In this document: piece by piece, positions 50,891 through 59,905 of the stretch
Numbering within the stretch: the stretch's first letter is position 1
Layout: each line of letters starts with the position of its first letter
From: an uncultured Spirochaetota bacterium
GTDB lineage: Bacteria > Spirochaetota > Spirochaetia > SZUA-6 > Fen-1364
Direction: 5' to 3'
NCBI GenBank assembly: GCA_963845535.1
Contig: CAWJSK010000018.1
Span: 119,824 to 183,823 of the forward strand
DNA length: 64,000 nucleotides
The notes under the pieces: generated by a model
Seen by the model: the letters and a program-made list of their open reading frames with translations, nothing else
Database searches by the model: none
What the model was told of the DNA's origin: nothing
Translations under genes and position numbers: made by a program

Positions 50891-51690
50891 TGGGGCTCCG
50901 GGACGTTTACCGCCAGCAGTTCAGGACCACTTTTGCGTCGTTCATCCAGTACCGGGCCTCCATTTTCATCTGGACGATTGACAGAATCCTCGAACCGCTC
51001 ATCTACCTCGTGATCTGGTCCGCTGTTGCGCGGGCAACCGGAGGAAGCGTCGGCGGCTTCGACGCGGGGCATTTCGCCGCATATTTCATTGTTCTCATGC
51101 TCGTCACCCAGGTCACCTACACCTGGGTCATGTTCGAGTACGAGTACAAGATCCGCCACGGCTCCCTTTCGTTTGCCCTCCTGCGGCCCATCCATCCCAT
51201 CCATACGGACCTGGTGGACAATATCTCCTCCAAGCTGATCACTCTTCCCTTGATGCTGCTTGCCGCGACGGTGCTTGTCCTCGTATTCAAGCCGACTTTC
51301 TCCCCGCCGCTGTGGGCCGCGGCCCTCTTCGTGCCGGCTCTCCTCCTTGCGTTCGCCGTCAAGTTTGTCGTGGAATGGACCCTTGCGCTGTCCGCGTTCT
51401 GGACCACGAGGGTGAGCGCCATCAACCAGGGGTACTTTGTTGCGGCGCTTTTCCTTTCCGGGCAGATGGCGCCGCTCTCTCTTCTTCCCTATCCGCTGCA
51501 GGTGGCCGCGTCACTCCTCCCGTTTCGATGGATGATCAGCTTCCCCGTTGAGCTTCTCCTGGGGCGGCTGAGCGTCGGGCAATCCCTGGTGGGGCTTGCC
51601 GCCCAGAGCGCGTGGCTGGCGCTGGGTCTCCTGCTCCTGCGGACGGTGTGGCGCGCCGGGGTGCGCGTGTACTCGGCGGTGGGCGCATGA
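50890..51690 (+). CDS. ABC-2 family permease
   Basis: QYRA, I-x-x-G-x-L-x-x-x-LLRP and LSG-x-x-x-PL motifs; multi-TM. Confidence 0.9.
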   Translation: MGLRDVYRQQFRTTFASFIQYRASIFIWTIDRILEPLIYLVIWSAVARATGGSVGGFDAGHFAAYFIVLMLVTQVTYTWVMFEYEYKIRHGSLSFALLRPIHPIHTDLVDNISSKLITLPLMLLAATVLVLVFKPTFSPPLWAAALFVPALLLAFAVKFVVEWTLALSAFWTTRVSAINQGYFVAALFLSGQMAPLSLLPYPLQVAASLLPFRWMISFPVELLLGRLSVGQSLVGLAAQSAWLALGLLLLRTVWRAGVRVYSAVGA

Positions 51691-52472
51691 GATTCTTGCG
51701 TCTTCTCTGGGTCTTCTTTCGGGTTGGAGCGATGGGCGAGCTGGCGTATCGGGCCAACTTCTTCCTCCAGCTCCTGGAATCCGCGGTGGACCTGGGCACG
51801 GCCCTCGGAGGGCTCGCGGTCGTATTCTCCTACACGGCCACCCTCGGGGGATGGCGGCCGGAGGAGGTGGCCGCGCTGGTCGGAGTGTTCTTCCTTGTAG
51901 GTGGGGCCATACGGCTGGTCATCCAGCCAAGCATGGAGCAGCTTATCGAAAGCGTTCGAGAAGGGACGCTGGACTTTACGCTGACCAAGCCCGAGGATTC
52001 TCAGGTCCTCGCGAGCATCCAGCGCGTGGAGATCTGGAAGCTCACCGACTTCGGCCTCGGGATCATCGTGATTGCCGTGGCGCTTGCCCGGATGGGGACG
52101 CACCTGGGGGCGTGGCAGGTGGCCGCTTTTGCCGCGGCGCTTGTGGCGGGCGGGATCATCGTGTACAGCTTCTGGGTGATCCTTGCCTCCCTGTCGTTCT
52201 GGTTCGTGCGGGTGGAGAACATCCTCGTCATTTTCCAGTCCATCGACGAGGCGGGCCGCTGGCCCGTGACGCTGTATCCGAAATGGCTGCGCATTGGCCT
52301 GACGTTCCTCGTGCCGGTGGCGTTCGCCACCACGGTGCCGGCGCAGGCGCTTGCCGGCAAGCTGTCCTGGCAGACTCTCGCGGGAGCGTTCGCGCTTGCA
52401 GCGCTGCTTTTCACCGCAGCGCGACTTTTGTGGCGGGCGGGAACCCGCCGCTATTCGGGTGCGTCTGCGTAG
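51687..52472 (+). CDS. ABC-2 family permease
   Basis: AYRANF, LGGW, VREGTLD-x-x-LTKP and RWP-x-x-x-YP motifs; ATGA overlap with the previous gene. Confidence 0.9.
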   Translation: MRFLRLLWVFFRVGAMGELAYRANFFLQLLESAVDLGTALGGLAVVFSYTATLGGWRPEEVAALVGVFFLVGGAIRLVIQPSMEQLIESVREGTLDFTLTKPEDSQVLASIQRVEIWKLTDFGLGIIVIAVALARMGTHLGAWQVAAFAAALVAGGIIVYSFWVILASLSFWFVRVENILVIFQSIDEAGRWPVTLYPKWLRIGLTFLVPVAFATTVPAQALAGKLSWQTLAGAFALAALLFTAARLLWRAGTRRYSGASA

Positions 52473-52600
52473 GAACGGTGGTGGAACGGTGGCCGTGAAC
52501 GGCAGCCGCGAACGTGGACGCGGCGGCGAAAATGTGTTCTACTTGATCTCCTATTCCGTTTTCGGGAGGCAGCGTTGGGGCCCCGACGCTCGTAAAATCC

Positions 52601-54505
52601 ATGCACGCAAAGAGAATCGCAAGCGCCGTGACGTTCATGAAGCAATTCGAACACCACACAGCGATGATTTTCCTCGTCAACCAGGGGGACGGGCTGATCG
52701 TGGCCGCAAATCCCGCCGCCATTCGCTTCTACGGATACCCCCGTGACGTGCTGTGTTCCTTCCACATAAAGGACATCAACCAACGGCCTCCCGCAGATAT
52801 CGAGGCGGATGTCGCCGCGGCATTCCGGAAGGAGAGGAACCATTTTGTTTTCCCCCATAGGCTCGCCTCCGGGGAAATCAGGACGGTGGAGGTCTATTCG
52901 AGCCCGGTGGAACTGGAGGGCGGGCGGTTTCTTTTCAGCATTGTTCACGACGTTTCCGACCAGGTGCGGGCGCAGAAGGCTTTGAAGGATTCCGAGGAGA
53001 AGTTCTCCCGTGCGTTCCATGGAAGCCCGGATTCGATCAACATCAACCGCTATGAAGACGGCGTGTACCTGGAAATCAACGAAGGCTTCACGAGGATGAC
53101 GGGGTACGTGGCGGCTGATGTTCTCGGCCGCTCGTCCCTGCCGGGTGACCTCGGCATCTGGGTGAACGCTGAGGACCGTGACCGCATGGTTGCCGGACTT
53201 GCCGAGCGGGGGGAGGCGGAGCTGGAGGCCTTTTTCCGGCGCAAAGACGGATCCATCCTGCTGGGGATGATGTCGGCACGACTCATCGAGATCGACGGAT
53301 CTCGGTGCATCCTGACAATCACACGGGACATCACGGAGAGGCGACGCATGGAGGAGGCGCTGCTCACCGCGGAGAAGCTGGAGTCCCTCTCACTCCTCGC
53401 CGGCGGCATTGCGCATGATTTCAACAACCTTCTTGCCGGGATCCTCGGCAACATTTCCCTTGCCTGCACAGAGCTTTCCGGGGCGCACCCGGCCTGGGAG
53501 AGCCTCCACGACGCCGAGCGGGCCGTGTTGAGAGCAAGGGACCTCACGCAGCAACTCATGACGTTCGCCCGCGGAGGCGCGCCGGTCAGGCATCTCGCGG
53601 ATGTGGGGCAGCTCATCCGGGACGCCGCCGGGTTTGCCAGCCACGGTTCTTCGTGCGCGTGCGTGATCGAATCGGATCCCGGCCTCTGGCCGGCGGAGAT
53701 CGACGAAGGCCAACTCGGTCAGGTCATCCAGAACATCGTGATCAACGCGGTCCAGGCGATGCCCGCGGGAGGCCGTATCCAGGTGAAGGCGGTGAACTCG
53801 AAGTTGTCGGAGGGAAATCCCCTGGCGCTGCCCTCCGGGCCATATTTGGAGATCTCCATTTCCGACGAGGGGGAGGGCATTCCCGAGGGCCTCTTGAACA
53901 AGATCTTTGATCCCTACTTCACGACCAAACAGGCCGGCAGCGGCCTTGGCCTTGCCACCTCGTATTCCATCGTCCGAAAGCACAAGGGACATCTCGGGGC
54001 GGCCTCGGTGCCCGGCCGGGGCAGCACCTTCACCATCCTGATCCCCGCGGAGCCCGGCCGTGAGGTCCCTCCCCTGGTACAGCAGAGCGTCGCGGTTTCC
54101 GCGCGCGGCGGCAGGGTCCTCCTCATGGACGACCAGGAGATGGTCCGAGCCATGGCGGCTCGAATGCTCGCCAGCCTGGGTTTTTCTCCCATTGCCGCGG
54201 CAAACGGTGAGGAGGCGGTGGAGCTGTACCAGACCGCGCAAAGCGACGGCCAGCCTTTCGTGGCGGTCATTCTTGATCTCACCGTGATCGGCGGCTTGGG
54301 CGGCAAAGAGACCATTTCCCGGCTTCTGGCAATCGATCCCGGGGCAAGAATCATCGTGTCGTCAGGATACTCGAATGACCCTGTCCTGGCGGACCACCAA
54401 CGCTACGGTGCCCTCGGCGTCCTGCCAAAACCATATCGGCTGCAGGAATTGAGAAACGCCCTCATCGAGGTCGTAGAAAATCGCGCTCCGCGCGATCTGC
54501 GCTAA
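52601..54505 (+). CDS. Hybrid PAS-PAS histidine kinase/response regulator
   Basis: [24 protein letters not shown]-x-x-GSGLGL and REC LDLT...SSGYS. Confidence 0.92.
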   Translation: MHAKRIASAVTFMKQFEHHTAMIFLVNQGDGLIVAANPAAIRFYGYPRDVLCSFHIKDINQRPPADIEADVAAAFRKERNHFVFPHRLASGEIRTVEVYSSPVELEGGRFLFSIVHDVSDQVRAQKALKDSEEKFSRAFHGSPDSININRYEDGVYLEINEGFTRMTGYVAADVLGRSSLPGDLGIWVNAEDRDRMVAGLAERGEAELEAFFRRKDGSILLGMMSARLIEIDGSRCILTITRDITERRRMEEALLTAEKLESLSLLAGGIAHDFNNLLAGILGNISLACTELSGAHPAWESLHDAERAVLRARDLTQQLMTFARGGAPVRHLADVGQLIRDAAGFASHGSSCACVIESDPGLWPAEIDEGQLGQVIQNIVINAVQAMPAGGRIQVKAVNSKLSEGNPLALPSGPYLEISISDEGEGIPEGLLNKIFDPYFTTKQAGSGLGLATSYSIVRKHKGHLGAASVPGRGSTFTILIPAEPGREVPPLVQQSVAVSARGGRVLLMDDQEMVRAMAARMLASLGFSPIAAANGEEAVELYQTAQSDGQPFVAVILDLTVIGGLGGKETISRLLAIDPGARIIVSSGYSNDPVLADHQRYGALGVLPKPYRLQELRNALIEVVENRAPRDLR

Positions 54506-54527
54506 GGCCTGGTCGCCGGGAGGCCAC

Positions 54528-56024
54528 ATGTCCGACAAGAGCACCGCCTTCAGGCGGAACGTATACCCACGTATCGCCTTCACGCGGAGCGCGTACTCAC
54601 GTACCGCCTTCACGCGAAGCGCGTACCCGCGCATCCTCATCGTCCGGCTCCCCTGTAAGAAAGTGTTCCCCACGGGCCCGATCTATCTCCTTTCGCTTCT
54701 GCGAAGGGCAGAACCGCGGGCTTCCCTGAGGCTGCTGGACCTTGCGCTGGTTGAGCGCGCGCGACGCGTCGCGGCGCTGGATGAGGCAATCCGCGAGCAC
54801 TCTCCGGAGGTGGTGGCCTTTTCCTGGCGGGACATGCAGATCTTCTCTCCGCAAGACTTGGACGGCGGCCTTCGAGACGCTTTCATCTTCTTCCATGACC
54901 CTTCGCCGGTGCGCAAGCTCGGCGCCGCGGCGCGCGGGCTGCGCGACATGCTGACCTATTCCTCTGCCATTGATGAGAACCTACGGCTCATCCGCGGGAC
55001 GGCAAAGGCAAACCCGGGCGTGCGGATTGCACTTGGCGGGCCCAGCGTGAAGATCTTCGGGGACAGGCTGGCGGATACGCTCCCGCCGGGCGTGGAGGTT
55101 TTCCCGGACACGGGACTGGATCGATTCTTCCAGTGGATCGGCTTGCCACTGCCTGAAGATCCAATAGAACCGGAAATCGACCTTGAGGCGCTCGAAAAAG
55201 CCTTCCCGCAGTGGCCCGCCTACCGTGACGAGATGATTGGTGTGCAGTCCAAGCAGGGCTGTCCGCACTCGTGCCTTTACTGCTTGTACGGGTTCCTTGA
55301 AGGCAAGCGAGTCATCAGGCGGCAGCCGGCGCGCGTTGTTGCGGAAATGAGCGCGTATGCGCGGCGCTGGGGCGCCCGCAAATTCTGGTTTGCCGACGCA
55401 CAGCTCTTGAGCGAGCCCGCGGACCAAGAACATCTTGCGGCCGTGTTGAACGGCATTGAGCGGGAGAAGCTTCCGCTTCAGTGGGGCGGCTACCTGCGGA
55501 TCCACGAGGTTGATGAGGCGTTTGCCCGGCTCATGGTCAGGACGGGGCTCGCGGACCTCGAGGTGTCCCTGAACTCCGGCGCGCAGGAGGTGGTGGACCA
55601 GCTTCGGTTGGGATTCTCCGTGAGGCAGGCAATCAAGGCGTTTCACACTCTCAAGGAAAGCGGATACCGCGGCAAAGTGTTCGTGAACCTTTCACTGAAC
55701 GCTCCCGGGGAAACTCGGCAGACTCTGCGCGAAACATTTCAAACGATGGATGAGATCAGGTCGATTTTCGGCGCGGATCACGTGGTGCCCGTTATCTTCT
55801 TCCTGGCCATCCAACCCCACACCGGCCTGGAAAGCAAGGCCATCAGCGATGGCCAGATCAGGGAGGGCTATGACCCGCTGTCGGTCCTGCCGTGGAACGT
55901 CTTGCGCCTGATCTATAATCCTTCGCCGCTTGGCGGTATAATCGGCAGGAGCTGCGCACGGGCTTTTGCCGCTCATGGTGACGCAGATAGCATTCTCCAG
56001 ATGATCGCGCGGGACATCGATTAG
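54528..56024 (+). CDS. Cobalamin-binding-domain radical SAM protein, Slr0320-like (cyanobacterial 'PSII high-light acclimation' family)
   Basis: CPHSCLYC cluster motif. Family-like motifs RLPC-x-x-x-FP-x-G-x-x-YL, FSWRD-x-QI, GVQ-x-K-x-GCPH, FWFADAQ, QPHT-x-LE and YDP-x-S-x-x-PW were recognised from memory. Confidence 0.75.
   Translation: MSDKSTAFRRNVYPRIAFTRSAYSRTAFTRSAYPRILIVRLPCKKVFPTGPIYLLSLLRRAEPRASLRLLDLALVERARRVAALDEAIREHSPEVVAFSWRDMQIFSPQDLDGGLRDAFIFFHDPSPVRKLGAAARGLRDMLTYSSAIDENLRLIRGTAKANPGVRIALGGPSVKIFGDRLADTLPPGVEVFPDTGLDRFFQWIGLPLPEDPIEPEIDLEALEKAFPQWPAYRDEMIGVQSKQGCPHSCLYCLYGFLEGKRVIRRQPARVVAEMSAYARRWGARKFWFADAQLLSEPADQEHLAAVLNGIEREKLPLQWGGYLRIHEVDEAFARLMVRTGLADLEVSLNSGAQEVVDQLRLGFSVRQAIKAFHTLKESGYRGKVFVNLSLNAPGETRQTLRETFQTMDEIRSIFGADHVVPVIFFLAIQPHTGLESKAISDGQIREGYDPLSVLPWNVLRLIYNPSPLGGIIGRSCARAFAAHGDADSILQMIARDID
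54543..54632 (+). repeat. 30-bp in-frame tandem repeat x3 at the radical SAM N-terminus
   Basis: Encodes TAFRRNVYPR / IAFTRSAYSR / TAFTRSAYPR. Confidence 0.9.
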
Positions 56025-56090
56025 AAAAATGCATCTTGAGCCGGCGGGCTGCCTGGCGGCGGCCGCGTGGCGCCAATGAGGAGAAGTGAC

Positions 56091-57020
56091 ATGGCAAACA
56101 GCGCAACGCTTTCTCGGGAAGGGGTCCGCAAGTTCTTCGGCCTCTCACGAATGACGCATTCCGTCCTGGACATTGCCCATCCCGCCATGGGCGCGCTCCT
56201 GGCCTTCGGCGGCTTCCCCGGCGCTTCCACTGTCATCATTGGCCTCCTGGCCGCGTTTGCCGGCTTCACCGCGGTGTTCGCGCTCAACGACGTCATGGAC
56301 TGCCGCGTGGATTGCGAAAAAATGTCCAAGCTTATCGGAAAGAAGGAGTGCTTCGACATCGACTCAGTCGGGTACCGGCATCCCATTGCCCAGGGAGCGC
56401 TCACTTTCAACGCCGCGCTCGGCTGGGTCATGATCTGGGGCCTGATTTCCCTTTCCCTCGCGTTCATTCTCCGTCCGCTGTGCGCGGCGCTCATGGTGAC
56501 CGCGCTTCTCCTGGAAATCGGGTACTGCAGGCTGCTTCGGGTCACGCACTGGAAAGCCATTCTTTCGGGAAGCATGGTGGCAGTTGGCGGGCTGGCAGGC
56601 GTCTACGCGGTGGCGGGAGCGCCGTCAGCGGGCTTTGTTGCCCTGTTCTTTGCGTGGGCTTTTGCCTGGGAGGTCGGCTGCCGCAACATCCCCAATGATT
56701 GGAGCGATCTGGAAGAAGACACGGTGATGAAGATCCGCACCTTCCCCGTCCGCTACGGAAGACACGCGTCCACGTGGGTCTCCTTCGCTCTCTTGTGCGT
56801 CACGGTTGCTTCGAGCCTTCTCTTTCCCTTGGTTGTCGCCGTGCGGCATCCCACCATCTACGTTGCCGGAGCGCTGCTTTCCGGCGCCATCCTCCTGATT
56901 GCTCCTGCCCTGCGCTGGGTGCGGGACCAGAAGCTGACCTCCGCCCTGTACCTTTTCAACCGCGCGTGCTTCTACCCGCTGGCCGTGTGCGGGGTGGTGG
57001 CAGTACTCGCAATCGCATAG
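56091..57020 (+). CDS. UbiA-family prenyltransferase
   Basis: Multi-TM protein with the Asp-rich motifs NDVMD-x-x-x-D and NDWSDLEED, plus RHPI. GAGGAG RBS. Confidence 0.88.
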   Translation: MANSATLSREGVRKFFGLSRMTHSVLDIAHPAMGALLAFGGFPGASTVIIGLLAAFAGFTAVFALNDVMDCRVDCEKMSKLIGKKECFDIDSVGYRHPIAQGALTFNAALGWVMIWGLISLSLAFILRPLCAALMVTALLLEIGYCRLLRVTHWKAILSGSMVAVGGLAGVYAVAGAPSAGFVALFFAWAFAWEVGCRNIPNDWSDLEEDTVMKIRTFPVRYGRHASTWVSFALLCVTVASSLLFPLVVAVRHPTIYVAGALLSGAILLIAPALRWVRDQKLTSALYLFNRACFYPLAVCGVVAVLAIA

Positions 57021-57040
57021 GGGTGCGTGAACCTGGAAGT

Positions 57041-57927
57041 GAGTGGGAGCACATGGAGTACTCCCCCTATGGGGAGAGCTGGATAGACCAGGAGACGGAT
57101 AGCCGGGCGCTCTTGCCGTTCAAGTTCACCAGCAAGGAGCTTGACTCGGAGACGAGGCTGTACTACCGCGGGGCGCGCTACCTGGACTCGCAGACCAGCC
57201 GCCGGATGAGCGCGGATCCCGCGATGGAGGATTACCTGCCGGTCGCCAGAAATCGAAACAGAGGTCTTCAATCCTTTGAACCTTGTGGTCTATCACTACG
57301 GCGCCAACAATCCTTTGAAATACAAAGATCCAACCGGTATCTTGACCGGATATGTGCCGCTTGACAGAAACGGCAACCCAGCGCGCAAGTGGTGTAACAA
57401 TTGCCACTGGTTTTGATCTCGGCCAACACAACCAACACGACATGAACGGGATTTTCGGGCGTCCTGGAACGCAGGCCCAGCCAAATCCAAATCAGGACTT
57501 GATTGACGCATACACACCATATTTGGGTCTACACGGAAATGCTGCCGTTGCTGTCGCGGGGAATCTTACCATCACGGCGGACCAAGCAGCTCGGACAGAC
57601 GCCGCCGTCTTCGCTGACTATGCAACGGGGCGAAATGGAATCGCAGCGCGCTTCAATGAAGCGACTGGCGGAAACTTCTGGGATCTTCCCGATCAGGCAC
57701 AAACAGCGTCGTTCGACCTGTCCTACAACGCAGGGAGTGTGCCTGCGGCTATAATGAACCAAGTGAACACGGGGGACTACTCAGGAGCGGCGCAGGCGAT
57801 ACAGGATCTTGGCACGGGGACCATGTGGGAATCGCGAAGGAACGATGAAGCGGGTCTACTACGTCAGCTTCCCAATACGCCGCCTCCTCCACAGGTCCAG
57901 ACATCAATTCGCGCGGCGAACGACTAG
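57041..57927 (+). pseudogene. Orphan RHS core fragment fused to a pesticin-like muramidase toxin domain (two frameshifts)
   Basis: EHMEYSPYGE, FKFTSKELD-x-ET-x-LYY-x-GARY and SADP; a shift near 57250-57262; then YHYGANNPLKYKDPTG and GYVP; a shift near 57381-57385; then SGVTIATGFDLGQ ... RRNDEA. Confidence 0.78.
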
Positions 57928-57940
57928 AGGGAGACCTTGA

Positions 57941-58837
57941 ATGCTGCTCAGAATGGCTATGGTAGCGATCCTTATGGCGTCTCGTTTTGCTTGTTTTGCA
58001 CAGGACCAAACAGGAGTTCAAAAGCTGCTTCAACAAGCCGACCAAGCGTTCAAAGAGGGAGACTACTACGCGGCCTTTTCGTCCTATGGAAAAGTTCTGG
58101 ATCAGAACCGCGGGAACCTTGACGCGAGCATAGGCGAATTGAATGTCTGGGCTGAGTGGGGATTCAAGAAACTAGCGGAAAAGTCGGCGGCAGATATCTG
58201 GCAAACTGCAGATAAAACGCATTTTGTCGGGATCATTAAAGCTTTGGCCTCTTTGTATTCAAATACAACAGACATTGCGTTGGCGGAGTATTGGCTCGGT
58301 CAACTCAAGATCTATGATAACGGTCAATACAAGGATACGATAGGCGCGATAGAAAAGAGACTTGCAGAGCAGAAGGACATAGCCGACAGCTTTTCAAAAG
58401 CTAACGGATACTCTTTTCTAGTAAATAAGAACCCCAGAAGATATCAGTCGCTCTACTTTATAAAGTCGCTTCTGTCACCCAATACCTATGATGTTTTCGC
58501 ATTCAAAGAACCGACTGCAGATCGCATTGCGGGCGCTCTTGGTGTCATTGAAGAGTGGAAGCAAGTCAGTGACGGTCTCATAGTTATTTCAGGATTTGAA
58601 CCTCATAACGCCACCGCGAGGGCTTTGCTCATTTTTGATCTGAAAGCGCAGAAAGGCGTCATAGTCTATTGGGAGGTTTACCATGACATGTATCTCTTCG
58701 GGAATGCGACGGCCCTGATCGACAGGGCAGATGTGAAGACATTGTTTGGCGTTTGGAAGGCAAAGCTGATCGATCAATACAAGTCAAAGTATTTTGATTC
58801 ACGCTCGTACCATGAGTTTGATTTCATAGGGTTCTGA
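57941..58837 (+). CDS. Exported TPR-like protein, putative cognate immunity protein
   Basis: Signal-peptide-like N-terminus and a TPR-like helix pair (ADQAFKEGDYYAAFSSYGKVL). It lies 13 nt after the toxin stop with a GAGGGAG RBS and AT-richer codons. Confidence 0.6.
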   Translation: MLLRMAMVAILMASRFACFAQDQTGVQKLLQQADQAFKEGDYYAAFSSYGKVLDQNRGNLDASIGELNVWAEWGFKKLAEKSAADIWQTADKTHFVGIIKALASLYSNTTDIALAEYWLGQLKIYDNGQYKDTIGAIEKRLAEQKDIADSFSKANGYSFLVNKNPRRYQSLYFIKSLLSPNTYDVFAFKEPTADRIAGALGVIEEWKQVSDGLIVISGFEPHNATARALLIFDLKAQKGVIVYWEVYHDMYLFGNATALIDRADVKTLFGVWKAKLIDQYKSKYFDSRSYHEFDFIGF

Positions 58838-58849
58838 GATCGCTACGCA

Positions 58850-59145
58850 CGTGCTAGGAAGCGGGTGAAGTGCTGCCCTCTCCTGGGGGAGCGCGCGGGA
58901 GTGCGGATAATCGGCCCATTATCCGCACTCCCGCGCTGAAGGCGGCCCTCCACCACGCCCTGCGGTGCGGCGGCCACTCGTAACACAGCTCGGGCATCCC
59001 GTGCCCCCGCCGCTTGGAATTGCATCGGTCGCCGAACGACTGATGCGGTTAGTGATGTACGTGTGCGTCCGCTCCGCGGGCCTCCTAGGAGCCCCGCGAG
59101 GGGCGACCCCCGGGGGAACTCAAGCCCGTAGCCGCTTCCTGCACG
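58850..59145. other. 296-nt GC-rich structured intergenic element with terminal inverted repeats and internal hairpins
   Basis: Terminal arms cgtgc(t)aggaagcgg / ccgcttcctgcacg, a perfect 19-bp stem at 58893-58936, and further stems at 59022-59046 and 59075-59098. Confidence 0.55.
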
Positions 59146-59158
59146 GGTGGACAAAGGA

Positions 59159-59188
59159 TTGCCGGCAAACGGGATATTGTGGTATGAT
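59159..59188 (+). promoter_or_regulatory. Sigma70-type promoter for the TA-like pair
   Basis: TTGCCG-N18-TATGAT with an extended -10 TG, about 33 nt upstream of the ATG at 59222. Confidence 0.45.
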
Positions 59189-59221
59189 TACGTGGTGGGA
59201 TATCCCACCAAGGAGAACCGA

Positions 59222-59479
59222 ATGAGCCCCGTCAGCGAATATGATGCAAAAATCGATGTGAAAAAGCGGTTGATCCTGCGAGGAGCTCGATATGGACACT
59301 ACCACGTGAAGGAGTTCAAGGACGGTCGAATAATGCTCGAGCCCCGCGAGCTAGTGAAGCCTTTCAGTGTGTCGCGCCGGACTCTCAAGATGATGGACAG
59401 CAGCATGGCGAACTTGAAAAAGGGCCTGGTGAGCGATCCCGTAGATCTTTCGGCATTCTCAACCAAAGGCAAGAAATAG
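59222..59479 (+). CDS. Putative antitoxin (AbrB/MazE-like)
   Basis: 85 aa with a KID-x-K-x-RL-x-L...DGRI-x-LEP swapped-hairpin pattern; AGGAGA RBS; upstream of a toxin-like gene. Confidence 0.6.
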   Translation: MSPVSEYDAKIDVKKRLILRGARYGHYHVKEFKDGRIMLEPRELVKPFSVSRRTLKMMDSSMANLKKGLVSDPVDLSAFSTKGKK

Positions 59480-59527
59480 AGCTTTTCTCGAACGCCCCTA
59501 CTAATAAAGTGTAGAGGAGAAAAAAGT

Positions 59528-59905
59528 ATGTTCACAATAAGAATGGGCGTTCCTGAAATGAAGGATTTGTGGAAAGCTCTCGCTAAGAAGAACCGCCAGG
59601 GCAAACTCTCCAAGAGTGAAGCCGCACTGTACAGAAAATGGGGCAAAGCCTTGAAGTTTCTCTCCCAGAATCCACGCCATCCTGGGCTTGCAAGTCATGA
59701 GATTGATGCCCTGAGCCGGCGGTATGGGGAGAAGGTCTGGCAGTCTTACCTGGAGAACAACACCCCTGGGGCCGGACGGATGTTTTGGGTGTATGGCCCT
59801 GGGAAAGCTGAAATCACCGTGATCGGGTTGGAATCCCACCCGGAAGATGCGAAGAGCTCCGGCTATGCGAAAGTACAGTTATCGGGCAAGGGGGAAGAAG
59901 AGTAG
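59528..59905 (+). CDS. Putative RelE/ParE-fold toxin
   Basis: 125 aa and basic; NPRHPGL-x-SH, YLENNTPGAGRMFW-x-YG and I-x-x-x-HP resemble RelE-superfamily motifs. Confidence 0.55.
   Translation: MFTIRMGVPEMKDLWKALAKKNRQGKLSKSEAALYRKWGKALKFLSQNPRHPGLASHEIDALSRRYGEKVWQSYLENNTPGAGRMFWVYGPGKAEITVIGLESHPEDAKSSGYAKVQLSGKGEEE

Noticed and set aside
52472..52518. Short GAACG(G) repeats after the ABC permease
   Set aside because: Four degenerate 11-12-nt units, best explained as low-complexity slippage; no spacer structure.
58850..59145. Integron attC site
   Set aside because: It lacks RYYYAAC/GTTRRRY ends, is longer than typical attC sites, and no integron integrase is in view.
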